58,796 bases of DNA, filler included, from Sphacelaria rigidula (GCA_964200075.2; 9 parts of 9 records of this genome joined end to end with filler, not necessarily neighbours in it); one strand, 5' to 3'; positions 39,535-52,838 are shown, counted from the first letter of the whole stretch. The notes: generated by a model not told the origin, from the letters alone. A program made the numbers and translations.

Positions 39535-40580
39535 TGGTTAGGTGGCATGCCGTGGTCCGAGCAGGAGACAGGGCAACATGTGTTGCATGAAGGACCGGCT
39601 TACATTTAGTGAAGACCAAAGACTCCTCTGAGATAGTAGTCCGTGATAGTGTTGATGCTTCTTGTATTTTTGGCAACCGGCTGGTAGCTGCTAATCGCGC
39701 GTTGAGATAAGTTCCCAAAAGACTGTGCGCCGAGTAGGGGACCACTGTGGGAACCAATCAGACTCAGAAGGGCCCATGACCTGTCGGGCTAGACAACGCA
39801 AGAGTATGACGCATGGAATCTACTCGACTGGACAATAGCCGATAAATCCGGAACATCCTTCCAGCCTTTTAATAAGGCTAAGCGAAATGTGGGAAACGAA
39901 GCGTGTGCATCAACACCTGAAATAAGGAAACGAGAAAAACCTGCCACCAATGTTGCAGGGGGAAACTCGGTATCTAATAGATAGGTAAACCCAGTTAGAC
40001 GGGGGAAACCCTATCCGTTAGGAAAGAACAAAAATCTCTAGCGCCCTATCCAATCGGCCAGAAACCGCAGACAAGTACGATCGCTGTCGTTTTCCCGGGA
40101 TCTCAGTTAGACTGGAGAACGATTAGCTAATTCGCTTCATCGCGCGTCGACACCCCAGATCAGTTACACTGAATTCCGGGGTAGTGCGGGGCTTTAACCA
40201 CATCCACCTTAGGTTGGATTCGCTAAAAGCAACCTTTCCACGAACTAATCAACAGTTACAAGAGTGCAGCTTTTGCGAAGTGCTTGTCTGTAACTACTGA
40301 TGTTTATGCTACCAAGAATAGAGGCCATGCGCCTTGGCTCACTCATTTATTCATATGTTACAAAAGCGGAAAAGAGAGTTACACAGTTACTTGTTTGTTA
40401 CCAAATTAGATAAAACTGAGGATAAAGCCAATGCGCCTTTGCTCACAAATGTATTTGCACGTTACAAAATGGGAACCAGACAAGGCCAAAGAACGACAAA
40501 AACGGAGAAACAAAAACAGGCACACTTGCAATTCACAACTGAAGAGTACGGTACCAACAATTCTTCTTGCTTATTTTACA
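39535..40580 (-). repeat. Putative LTR of the Gypsy element
   Basis: On the minus strand, PPT aggaaagggggt is followed by TGTAAAA at 40580. The segment ends ...CA and is followed by PBS-like TGGTGCGGTGAC (39533-39522). No second LTR is present to confirm this. Confidence 0.55.
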
Positions 40581-40689
40581 ACCCCCTTTCCTGTGCAATG
40601 ATATCCTGTACCATTTCATATACCGACTATTCCTAGACATTCCCACTCTGGTCTCAAGTCGGGGTCCTTTTTCCCGCGTTAAGCGGTCT

Positions 40690-43600
40690 AGTTCCTGGCG
40701 GGATAGCTCCTCCCAGTCTCCGTCTTCGTATCGTACTCGCTAAGAGCGACTCCCCTAGTCATACACCTGACCCTTGACCTTGAGACCTCCAAAGTCTTTC
40801 CAGAAAGTAACACCTATCGGGAAAAGCTTCAAGGCGTCACTGCGCGACAGGGGAGCGGGGCGCTTCTTGGAGTGCGGAGGCGGGTTGGGTGTAACTGCGG
40901 GGTTGTACAGGTGCCAAAGTTCGTGGAAAGCGTCTAGTTCCAAAGGAGAAAAGCTGTTTCGGAGCTGGCTCTCTGCCAACCTGTCTGACACCTTTCCCTC
41001 CAACGATCTGGCCTTATATTCCCATTGTTTCGTGCCGGTCATGGAGTAGATCTCTCGGCGGTCCACTAAAGTGACGAACTCGTGAGTTTGGGGAGGAGTG
41101 GTGTTGGACTTGCAATCTGCACCCCATACGTATTGAGCGAACTCGTCGGCTATCGAGTGCCTGAGATGCGGTTGGCGAACATGGAAGGGTTTCACGTCAG
41201 AGACTGCTACTCTACGTGTACGACGTTTGCACCCCTGCATGGTTACCTCTACACTGAGGCCGGTCATCAGCACTTCATTCACTCTCCAGGGCCCCGTGTA
41301 CCTTTCGTGTTGCAGTTTTCTACCCTTACCGTCCCGGTGTATCGTGCTGTCTGATTCGCGTATCATGACCAGACCCCCTTCTCTCGCCGCCACTCCGGGA
41401 GAAGGTCTCAAGATTGAGGCGTTCATCTTCGCACGAGTCGATGCTTTCGCGGCGTGTCTTTTGTCAAAAGCTAGACGTACCTCCTTGAGATTTTGTCTAC
41501 GTTGCTCTACGAAGGCATCCAGACCGTTACTTGATTCCTTCTCCTGATTCAGGGGAATGAGCGAATCTAGAGGCGTGCGGAGTTCACGACCGAACAGAAG
41601 CTCAAACGGGGACATGTCTGAGGGTAGGGAAACGTCTGGTAAGGTACGCTTGATCCAGAGCGCTGGGGAGACATACTCGTCCCATCTCTGGGGCCACGAC
41701 CTACACAGCTCTTCCAGCATGTCTAGTAGCCATCCCCCCAGCCTCTCGACTGCTCCTTGGCCTCTGGGATGATCAGAGGGCCCAAAAGCAATATCTGCTT
41801 TCAGCCACCTGTACAGGTGTGTCACCACCTCAGCTCTAAATTCATTTCCTCCTTCACTGCGGATTTTGCGGGGGACGCCAAATGTCAAGCAGAGTTCAGC
41901 AAGGATGCGAGCTACACTTTCAGCCTGCTTCGTTTGGAGTGGGAAGCCGAAGGGAAAATTGGAGGCTTGGTCTATGATCGAAGTAATGTACTTGTTGTTC
42001 GTAAGCGATGCAGTGTCTATGCTCAGCAGGTCCATCTCCAACTCTTCCCATGGTTCTACGGCTCGTCCCGATGTCATTGCAATCTTGCAGCTGTTGGACC
42101 TCTTCCTCCTTCTACAGCTGCAAGATAACACGTGTAGTCTGGTATCCTTTATAATTGACGGCCAGAAAAGCGATCTCGCATCAAAGACAGCGTAGCTACT
42201 ACTCCAATATGACCATGTAGGGAGTGTACCAACGCCAAGATGTCAGGTACGATAACAGAGGGGATGGCTAGCAACGGTTTCTCAGTGTCCTCCGTAAACC
42301 ACGCCACACCTTGATCGTCCAGACTGTATTGGTGTGCAACGTCGTCACTTACCCTATTCTTGACATCATTTTCCGTACTGGGCACCTCCTCTTCCCCTGG
42401 TACCTCGTCGGCACTCGCCACAATCTCGCAGTCTGCATCACTCGTATAGGGTGCCTCTTTTCCCCCCTGCACCTTGTCTACACTCACCGTACTCTTGTCA
42501 TCCTTGTCATTCGTACAGTGTTCCTTCTCTCCCCTTAGTATCGACCTCACCTGCCCCAGGAACGGGTCCTCCTCCTGTGCGCGTTTCAGCGCGGATGCGT
42601 TTGTCAACATCTGTAGCGCCCTCTTGAATACCGACGTGTCTACTGCAATTTTTACCGTAGACGAGGGCTTGTCCCCCCTGGCGATGAGCACCTCTTCCAC
42701 TTCCGGCCGCTCACTGACCGGGGCAGGGGCGATGGGAGTAGGCTCTCTCGTTGGGGCTTCAATAGGCGTGATACCAACCGACGGCTGAAGGAGTCATCCT
42801 ACGATAGGGGGGGGGGGTATTTGGTTGCACGCAAAAAGAGGCTCATAAGTGTGTCAGACATCCTTCCACACTTGAGTTGCGCTTGTATTTGGTTTCAAAC
42901 GGTGTCACAACGAGCTTGTTCGAGCAATCGTTGCTGCTTTCAACGACGATCTGACTCGAAATTTCGAGCAACAAATGCCCCAAAATACCCCCACCCCTAT
43001 CGTAGGATGGCTCGAAGGCTCATCTGAATATCTGTAAGCACGGTACGTATGCGAGCAGTGCCTGGGAACTGCAAGCGTACGGACGGACGGCGTATTCTGG
43101 GGCAACAACGGGGTGATTCGTCTTCTATCGACGCGCAGTCAGCGAACGGGAGCGATCGCGAGGTGCCTAGGTATCTCGCTTCATCTATAATCTTGCCTTC
43201 CCCCGTGAAATCAAAAGGTGACAATTCCGACAACCATTTTCCCTCTAGTTGTGGACCGCAGACCTTTCGGCTTCCGAGGATGTGCTGGCGGTGAAATCGT
43301 CGGGGAATGAGTCGTCTATGTCATCTCCTGGTCTCTGTTAATGAGGCAGGTGGGCCATAGCGTCAGGTAACACGTGTTGGGTTCCCTCCCGCCATCGAAG
43401 TTACACGTCGTACTCCATGAGTCGGAGCACCCACCTGTGAAGCTTGGGACACAGATCGCGAGTGCGAAACAGCCATGTCAGCGCGGAGCAGTCTGTGACT
43501 AGTCTAAACTTCCTCCCCGCTAGATACGGTCTAAAGTGTTGGACCCCTCATATCACGGTCATACATTCCCTGTCCGTGGGTGCTCGACGCGAGTCTGTAC

Positions 43601-45625
43601 GTGAAAACCGATGACTTGCGAATGCGATGATGCGGGAGTCTTCTCTCACTGGCTGAAGGAGGGTGCCCCCCGCACCCACTGTGCTGGCGTCGGTCTGCAA
43701 TTCGAACGTGCTATTCAGGTCGGGGAAAGCGAGGATCGTTGGTGATGCTAGGGAAGACTCAAGTGTCTGGAATGCTGTTTCCTGGTTATCACCCCACGGG
43801 ATGCTTAACTTTCGTGCACGACGGGAGGCAAATTCTTTGTTGCGAAGAATGTTGGTCAACGGGGCGGCTATTATGCTGTACTTCTCGACAAACTGTCTGA
43901 GGTACCCGGTGGGCCGAGAAACGAACGGAGTCCCTCAACAGTGCGTGGACGTGGCATCTTAGCGACTGCGGTGAGTTTGGACGGAGCCGGTTGTATCCCT
44001 GTGCTATCGAGGAACATGCCAAGAAATTCCTGAGACGGTGCTGCAAAGCTGCACTTGGCAAAGTTCACCGAGAATCCTGCAGTCGACAATCGCTGCAAGA
44101 TTATGGTCAATAGTGCCAAGTGCTCATCCCACGTGGGGCTGGCTATGAGGATGTCATCTAGCCAGCTGTGTACACCGGTCAGGTTGCCTATCGTTGACTT
44201 TACCCTACGAGTGAAAGCTGCCGGGAGTACTGTCAGTCCGAAACCTGCCCTGGTGAACTCGAAGAGTAGGCCGTCCGCATCTCTGAACGCCGTCTTGTGG
44301 CGGTCTTTTCCGGCGATCTCGATTTCGTGGAACCCTGAGGCTAGATCTAGTTGCATGAAATATCTCTTGCCTTTGAGACCATCAAATATAGACTGCATGT
44401 CACCCAGTCCTCCGCTATCAGACACTAAAAGCTTGTTCAGAGCACGCCAGTCTATGCACAGGCGTGAGGTACCATCTTTCTTCTTGACACAAAGACACTG
44501 CGCGGCCCATGGAGAGGTTGGGGGGCGGATAACTTCGCGGTCAAGAAGCTTATGAATTTCTTCCCTGATCATTCGGCGTTCTTCCAGCGAGAAGCGGCGT
44601 TGTTTTGCGGCGAAAGGCGTGCTACTTTCGTCGATCAATAGTAATTCTAGCTCACCATTAATGCAGGCTGGCACTCGCTTGGGGTCCGTGGGAAACAATC
44701 CTGCTTCCACGAAATCCTGTAGGACGCGCACCGGTTCCGCCTTCTCTACTCCCCCAAGCTGTCCCATGTTTGCATCCGACACACGGACCTGGCTAGGTTC
44801 TGAGAGAAGTTGACCACGCTCGAGGCACGAGGGGGGTGCGGGCACGGTAGGTTGGTCTACCGTTGATGGTGTGTCGTCGAAAAGTGAGTGAAAGCGAGCA
44901 GAATCGCGCACGTTGAGGGCTATTAAGCGCGCGATTGTTCCGCTTGCCTTCACTACGGCTTTATCCTTACCTCTATTTACTGACTTACAGTAAACTGGAA
45001 ACTCTGGTACCCACCACAACACTCCTTTGGCTATCCCTACCAACGCTTCACCGTCCAGGTCATACTTAGCCAAGGGCAGCACCAGCACCAGCTGCTTATC
45101 CTGGGGTTGGGATCCCATGACGACCGATTCCACCGCCATGCTTACAAATCCATCGATGGAGACGGAATGCTCGGCCAGCTTGACGTTCCACTCCCTCGTA
45201 CCGTCGTCTTTCCAGGCAATGTCGCTGTAGCTGAGGAACTTACAGGGCGCGGCAGGAGGCATGGCTAGCGAACAAACTTCGTTGAGCGTTTCAAGGGCCG
45301 AGATGTTCGGTTTAGCATGTCGGGGGCTACCATTGGTCAAAAACGGAATCCACGGTGCGGACGGGGTAGGGCGAAACCCTCCTGTGGCTTTGAACTCGAG
45401 AGTGCTACGGTTTGCCCCAAAAAACTCGGCCCCAAGACTGAACCCGTAAGGTAGGTCCTCTACCACCCTGACTGTTCACGAACGCGAGTATCCTTAGCGA
45501 ACAAGATAGGTATCACGACTGATCCAACTATACACATCGGGGGTACCTTGCCCCGTGAGGGGTTGGCAGCGCGAAGGGTGCCAGCATTGTTTGTGTCCAG
45601 CTTGGCATGTATTACTTCTGCTTTT
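40690..45625 (-). mobile_element. Ty3/Gypsy LTR retrotransposon pol pseudogene (protease C-term, RT, RNase H, integrase)
   Basis: RT: SPWAA, RLCIDWRALN, LDLASGFHEI, KTAF, WLDD. RNase H: LQTDAS...IAFAS. Integrase: H2C2, D-(D>E)-E core and YTGPW. Domain order PR-RT-RH-IN, with frameshifts and stops. Confidence 0.95.
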
Positions 45626-45710
45626 GACACTTTCTATGATAGCCCCCCCCCAAAACCAGCTAAAAATGTCACGAAAAACATGGCCATATAGCGCCTGATG
45701 TTCGGGTTCA
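45626..45710. mobile_element. Family D terminus interrupting the Gypsy protease region
   Basis: Matches 32531-32622. Confidence 0.7.
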
Positions 45711-48700
45711 NNNNNNNNNNNNNNNNNNNNNNNNNNNNNNNNNNNNNNNNNNNNTTAATTAATTAANNNNNNNNNNNNNNNNNNNNNNNNNNNNNNNNNN
45801 NNNNNNNNNNAGAGTTAAACCTCAATTCGCACAATTTGCTGTTGACTTTTGTTCGATTGTTATCACCCATGGTGTATTGATCACTCCTTCCTACGATTTG
45901 CGAAATGCTCGTGCTAACGAAACACCAGTTAACGCGATGCTTCAGTCTTTATACAATAAAAGATTGAAGTGCAATTCCGTTCTTCGCTTCATGTGATAAT
46001 CGTGGTGACGTCTGGGAGTGCGTAGTAGCGCACCAAATGACCAGCAATGATATGTGATACCCTCACGTCCATGCAAGCATATGGATGGTCAAGCTGGGGA
46101 GGTTGCTGCAGCAGTCACCCGCATTTCAGCTCGTGATGCGAGTTAGCTCATGTAATGTCTGCAGACCGTGTCTCCCCAGGGAAGCTCAACAAAGTCAGCT
46201 GTCCCGACATCCGCATGTTGTATACAGACAATAATTATCCGTAGATACATTTTGTGGTATAAGTGCGGATGATTCAAAATTTTGAAAATTCAACTGACCG
46301 AGTCAAGCTACCGCATGCATGCAGTGTTAATCTCGCGAAGCCACGTTTCTACAGCATCTGTGCACGACCACAATGCGTCTATAACAAGCTGTAACCTATG
46401 CAAGGAAAGGAAATGATGGGTGATACTGACAACACCGGGCTACCCGCTTGAAGTGATTTCACGGTATACTAGATGACGTGGGGATGACGCTTGGCCCATG
46501 CTGTATGTGGGTTGGATTTGAATTCGTGAACCATCACTCGCTACCGTGAAACGTGGGACTGATTGTGCAGCCCGAGATATACCGAACAGATGCGCTGATG
46601 CTGTCGCTTTGAGTCAATTTACTGCATTCATACAGCGCTTTTTCTTGGCCACTTGAAGCCGCGTTTCTACGGCATTTCGTGTCTGCAATAAGCGCACACA
46701 TGTATATCTATATCCTGGGGTGCAGGGTTGCCGTTGCAATGCTGCCCGCTTGATTTGGAGCTTGCTGTGCCCTGTTAAAAATCGCAGATACCCTACACCA
46801 TTCTGTTCGAATCAAACTTTTCATGTGTTGTTGCACTGTCTGTTGCTGTTGAATTGGCATGAAAGTGGGCCATCTACTCTGTGTGCACAATAACGATGGA
46901 CTTGACTGTTGAGCCAAATTGAAGCACTTCCTTTACATTTCACCATATAAATGCGGAGTATTTTGAGATTTTTCGCGACATGAAAATTTGTGTGTTGCAG
47001 TGGACACCTGATGATGAGCGACTGCACTGTGTTGTACTGTACTGTACTACTGCTGGATTTCGCATTGCACAAACATGTGCACCGTTGTGCTTTGCTGTTT
47101 TCTCGGATGACATAGCTGTACGACGCCATTTCGTTGTGAATATCGACCATGTTGACCACGAGGGTAGGTCACCTGCTGAGTCGGCATCAATATTCACTTG
47201 GAAAAAGATATGCATGGCGCAGAGGGACTACCCGCACCGCGGTCTAGAATTCACGACGCCGTACTGTGTTGCACTGTCTGAACTGCTGCTTACAATCGCC
47301 GTATCCGTTACGCACACAAAATTGTATCGCTGCATTCACGTCTGGACTGAGTGGTGGTCAATGCGCAAACATGCGCTCCTCCAACAACCGTCATATTTGG
47401 CACTGACAACTCTCCTGCTTCATGATTTCTCTTCACACAAATTCTGCTTAATTGTTCCGCAGTTAAAAAAGCAAAATAATAGGCATATCGCACCATTGTC
47501 TGGGTTGTTTCTAATCAAAACAATGCTATAACCACACGCTCGGGGTGTGCCGCTGGACAGACTAACGTTAGACTTGTTCACAACTGACGCTGCTGTTGCT
47601 ATACACTATGATTTTCGAGTTTTACATAGCTGACTGAAATGGAACCACGGTACAATATGCTGCCCCACACGTACTCAAACTCGACAAGACCCGCTGGATT
47701 AAAAATCGCGTGTGTCTCCGCACATTGAGTTACGATAACACCCTTGGGTTTTACGACATGCAACCGTTATATTTATTGTGACGCTGTCACAATATGGTTG
47801 TACAGGATGACGGTACTGACTGTTTACAGCCTGCACCATCTCCTCGATGAAATCGTTGACTTTGTACTCAGTCTAACAGTGCATGAGAAATATGCTTTTA
47901 CTGTGGGAACAAAACTGTTCCGAATCACCATCGAATATCAAATATCGGACTATGCATGCGGAAGAACCTTTGCCGTGTGCTGTACTGTTTATTCGAGTCT
48001 ATATACTGTAGGGACACAGGAGGTAGTGATGGCAGTGCTGCCTGAGTGAAACTACTGAACGCGATATCAACCAGCAGATGGGATTTAACGAACTGCCTGT
48101 AGAAGAGATACACAGGGCTGTTGAGATGTTGTCGGCTACAATTAGTACCGAGTACATACAGCATAATATATATACATTTAGGAACGCGAACCACTTGCTC
48201 GAGTATCTCATGCATGACCACGTATGCAACGGTAAATGTGTGTTATTGTCATGGACACTGAATGTCACTTCAACGTGGTTCCCCCTGATTGATAGTTTTG
48301 CCCTTGGTGGATAGCTCCAAAGAGTATGGGCGAGTCATATATGCTTGAAAACTTCGGGGCTATGTGATGTCTGCTCCGATTTTGAAGAAATCAGACCCAA
48401 TCATGTACTTTGACTTTACTTCACGACTTTCAATACATGGGTGATTGTTTGCGTGTGCACCTAATAACCGCACCTCGTACATGACCGTGTATGCAACTGA
48501 TGGAGAATGACATTGTTACGCTGCCGTCCGCTAATGCACGGAAATCTGTTTGTCTAACCGTAATGTCATACTGTCTGCATACATGCCACCAGGCACGGTA
48601 CCGATTAGCCGTGAACATAAATTGCGAGGCTTGAGTGAACGAAACATGAGGTATTCACCCTACCCCCTGGTCAGGGGGGGCAAATCATGAATGCTCGAAA

Positions 48701-49167
48701 TGCTTTATTGTCATGGAAAATGGATGTAACCTCTACGTGGCTCCCCCTGTCTGATCGTTTGCGCCCTTGGTAGGTATCTTCAAAGAGATTATGCGAGCCA
48801 TGCATGCGAAAAACAAATGGAGAGTTATGTGAAGGTGTTTCAGTTCTGAGATATCAAACCCAACCATGCACTTTTAGCTCACCATTCGACTGTGAATATG
48901 TGGATCTTTGTTTCCGGGTGCACTGTTGAACATACCATTATTTATTATTTGATTAATATTACCAGCAGCGGTGGGTTACAGGACTGAATGAAGCGTGCAA
49001 CAATTGCTCCTCAACAATTATTGTTGATGCCCGCGTGCCAATTTCTATGTAGCTACTCATGAATGTGATAATCAACCCTGATCCACAACGATTGAGTGGC
49101 TATGAGTGAAGCTGCATGCTAATGTGTTTGCATGAGGCCACCAGACGGATGCTCCGTCAGTTCCCGT

Positions 49168-49323
49168 TGACCGTCTATACTCGTGCACGCTCCGACAATC
49201 AATTTGAAGATGACCGTCTACTTGTGCACGCTCTGACAATCCATTCGAAGATGACCGTCTACATGCGCGTGCTCCGACAATCAATTCGAAGATGATCGTC
49301 TACCTGTGCGGGCTATGACCGTC
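49168..49323. repeat. Tandem array, 41-bp unit, about 3.5 copies
   Basis: tga[ct]cgtcta at 49168, 49211, 49252 and 49293. Confidence 0.85.
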
Positions 49324-49639
49324 CCGGGGGCAGGGCTACATTCTTCTGATCTTGAGAGTCCAGGAGTTCCACACACCACACATTCCTTTGCCGAGATTTA
49401 TACCGGAAATAATCTGATAAACATATTGTTGGCTTGGAATGAACGACTCGTCTGTTTACCGCGGAGACTATGCAAGTTGCCAATATACAAGTCGGACATC
49501 GAATGGATGAACGAGAAAGTTGTATGAATCATATATATATATATAGATATATAGATATGCTTGCACCATACAGCGAACAAGCAGGATTTGATTGCATACA
49601 GGAAAATGGGCGAGGATGAAGGCTCAAGATGTCAAGACC

Positions 49640-50270
49640 ACGTTTTTTCGAACAGGTGAAAGGGGGCCAGGAGTTTCCCTTGCGCGTGCGAAGAGGTTGA
49701 CAGAGATCCAGGATTTCCCATGTGTTTTCGAACGGTTGACAGGGGAGCCAGGATTTCCCATGTGTTTTCGAACAGGTTGACAGAGAGCCAGGATTTCCCA
49801 TGTGTTTTCGAACGGTTGACAGGGGAGCCAGGATGTCCCATGTGTTTTCGAACAGATTGGCAGGGGGCCAGGAGTTTCTCTTGTGCGTGCGAACAGGTTG
49901 ACGGAGATCCAGGATTTTCCATGTGTTTTCGAACAGGTTGACAGGGGAGCCAGGATTTCACATGTGTTTTCGAACAGGTTGACAGGGGGCCAGGATTTTC
50001 TCATGCTCTTGTGGACACGTTGACAGGGATCCAGGATTTCCCATGTACTTTCGAACAGGTTGACAGAGATCCAGGATTTCCCATGTGTTTTCGAACAGGT
50101 TGACAGGGAGCAAGGAGTTTCCTGTGTTTTTCGAACAGATTGACAGGGAGCCAGGAGTTTCCCATGTGTTTTCGAACAGGTTGACAGGGAGGCAGGAGTT
50201 TCCCTTGTGCGTGAAAACAGGTTGACAGAGATCCAGGGTTTCCCATGTGTTTTCGAATAGGTTGACAGGG
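49640..50270. repeat. Minisatellite, about 40-bp unit, about 16 copies
   Basis: Consensus ccaggatttcccatgtgttttcgaacaggttgacag[ag]g[ag]g. Units start at 49667, 49708, 49748, 49788, 49828, 49868 and onward. Confidence 0.95.
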
Positions 50271-50894
50271 ACGTTGGTGACTGAGAATGTTTCTTCCAGA
50301 CACCGCCCTCGTGACTCTTGAATCATGGAGAGTGTAATACACTGCAATGAAGCATCCATAATTATTTCAATAGGTGTTTTTATATCTATGTGACACGTGC
50401 GTGCAGGTTTAACGTGTCCATTGTCACATAGCTAACCCCAAATCGGTGAAAAATGAGTGGAAACCCCTTGAACCCTCGAGCCCAGCCGTTCTGCCCGGCG
50501 GGATCCGTCGAACAGCCTCCCGTGCAGCACCCATTTCCAGGCGAGGTCTGTTAGCTAGCTTGGGGGGGCAGATTTAGGGTTGGCTGAGGACATCACGTCC
50601 ACACCTCTACTATATACTCTGACGGATAGGAAAGCAGTGTTGGGCCCAGGATTGTCGTGAGTGTGAGAACATCAACGGTTGTTTCACGACGGAGCTGAGC
50701 CACACTGGCTTTCAGAGGAGAGGATTTGGACAGTTTCACTGAGTTACAGTTGGATGCGCTTCATGCCTTGTGGGAATTATATCAACCGCAGACCAGGCCA
50801 CGTCCATCTGATACACCATCTCGAGCAGAAAGGGGCTCAATTGCGTGGTAGATTCCCCGATGTACCAAGATCCGCAAACGGTTTACGGACAGCC

Positions 50895-51335
50895 CAGAGC
50901 AGTCAACAAGATCAAGGACTTCTCCGGACTGGGTGGGATCGTCTCTGTACGGGTGTTTAAATTCCCTACGCGGTTTAACCCGGCAGAGCGGTCAACAAGA
51001 TCAAGGACTTCTCCGGACTGGGTGGGATCGTTTCTGTACGGTGTTTAAATTCCCTACGCGCTCTAACCCGGCAGAGCGGTCAACAAGATCAAGGACTTCT
51101 CCGGACTGGATGGGATTGTTTCTGTACGGTGTTTAAATTCCCTACGTGGTATAACCCAGCAGAGCGGTCAACAGGTCAAGGACTTCTCCGAACTGGATGG
51201 GATCGTTTCTGTACGGTGCTCAAATTCCCTACGTGGTCTAACTCGGCAGAGAGATCTACAAGAGCGGGAGTTGCCGAGACTGTTTGAGATGGTCCTGCAC
51301 GGTGTTTAAATTCTCTACGTGGTCTAACTCGGCAA
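50895..51335. repeat. Tandem array, 88-bp unit, about 5 copies
   Basis: gtcaaca at 50902, 50991, 51079 and 51167. The last unit is diverged. Confidence 0.92.
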
Positions 51336-52353
51336 AACGGACTAAGATCGACGGCTACACGAAACCAACGCCGAATACTCGAGGACGAGGAAGATGGTAA
51401 CGCGGCGATCCATCGTCGAACCACGTTCAGCCCCAGGGTTTGTCAACCCTAGGCCTGAGGGGGGGTGTTATGGATCGCGGCATACATGGAGGAAGGGCAG
51501 TACAATGATGGGCACATCTAATCTGATGGAAAGGTCCCGGAGGGCTGACTGCGGGAACTGGCAATGTGCCGCAGTCAGGGGGGAGGATGTTTGAGCCCGT
51601 ACGAAGACGGTTACATAAATATGCCTCTTTACATTCGGCTTGAACTCGGTTCTTTCAGAATCGGTGAAAAACGGCCCCCTGGTTTTTACTCCTATGGAAG
51701 AGAACAAAGTGGCCTGAGATATGAGATGCAAAACCACCAGTGCAAAAGAGAAATACCATCGCCTGAAGCTGAGATCAAGACCCCCTGACATTCAGGATGA
51801 GCTGTTCCTCGTTAAACTGATCATCCCTTGTACTGGAAAACTGTTTTGCCCTGCGATGAATGGTGAGCGCGAGTACGTACCAATCACTGCATAAACTATT
51901 GCACATGGATGAAGATGCCGCATGTTTGGTTGAAGTAGGAAATTCACTTCATGCCCCGTCTTGTGAAGATCCGTCATCACAGTGCTTGAGCAGCGATCAC
52001 GGTAACCATAACAATTGAGACAGCAGTAAAAACGAACTAGTGCACAGACAAGCCAGAGAGGCTACTATACTGTTTGTCCGTATCATTTCGAGGTTACCAA
52101 CTGAGCCACCGGGGCGACCGGTCTGCGACGGTCATACACGAGCAATTCGAGAGCCAAGTTTTTGAATTTGAGAGCGCCACTTGTACAAACCTGCCCGCGC
52201 ATAGACGAGCATTTGTGATGCTTAGCGGGCAGGTGAACAGCACGCACATAGTTNNNNNNNNNNNNNNNNNNNNNNNNNNNNNNNNNNNNNNNNNNNNTTA
52301 ATTAATTAANNNNNNNNNNNNNNNNNNNNNNNNNNNNNNNNNNNNNNNNNNNN

Positions 52354-52685
52354 CATGAAGGGTGAGCTGCATCCTGCCAAGATTATCAGCCCCGAAGCCG
52401 ACTGATTACCTTGCATTTGGATGACAGCCTCCAATGAGTTGCTTGATTTACTGGTATCGCCACTTCCTGAGACAGCCACAGGTTCCACACTGCCTCATGG
52501 GTATCTCATCATCATCTCCTTTGCGCGGAGGTGAGGTTCTACCACCCCGCGCAATATGATCTAGCTCGACCACCACCATGGTTACCGCAAAAAAACGCAA
52601 GCGTACGAAAAAAAAAGACGGTAACCTGGTTGCTTATCGTACGCAGTGAGTGGCGTGTTTTACGGCGTCATCATCAAACGACGCC
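52354..52685 (-). mobile_element. Family B 5' part (3' end cut by contig start)
   Basis: Aligns with about 34776-35112. Confidence 0.75.
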
Positions 52686-52760
52686 AACCCCATAGGGGGC
52701 CCGCCCCTACAAAGCCGGGACGGAGCACGCCGCGTTTTTGCCGGAGCAGGCTAGCGGGGG

Positions 52761-52838
52761 GGGGCGTGGGGGGCGTACTCATTTGTTGCTTACCTTCGTC
52801 GTTTGACCATTGACCACGCACCCCTTTCGAGACGGAGC
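52761..52838 (-). mobile_element. Short family C LINE 3' end with 19-bp flanking duplication
   Basis: cggagcaggctagcggggg at 52742-52760 and 52833-52851. Confidence 0.85.

Noticed and set aside
49640..51335. CRISPR-like array or repeat-protein ORFs in the tandem arrays
   Set aside because: Units are contiguous with no unique spacers and no cas genes. The 40- and 88-bp periods are not multiples of 3, so the ORFs are by-products.
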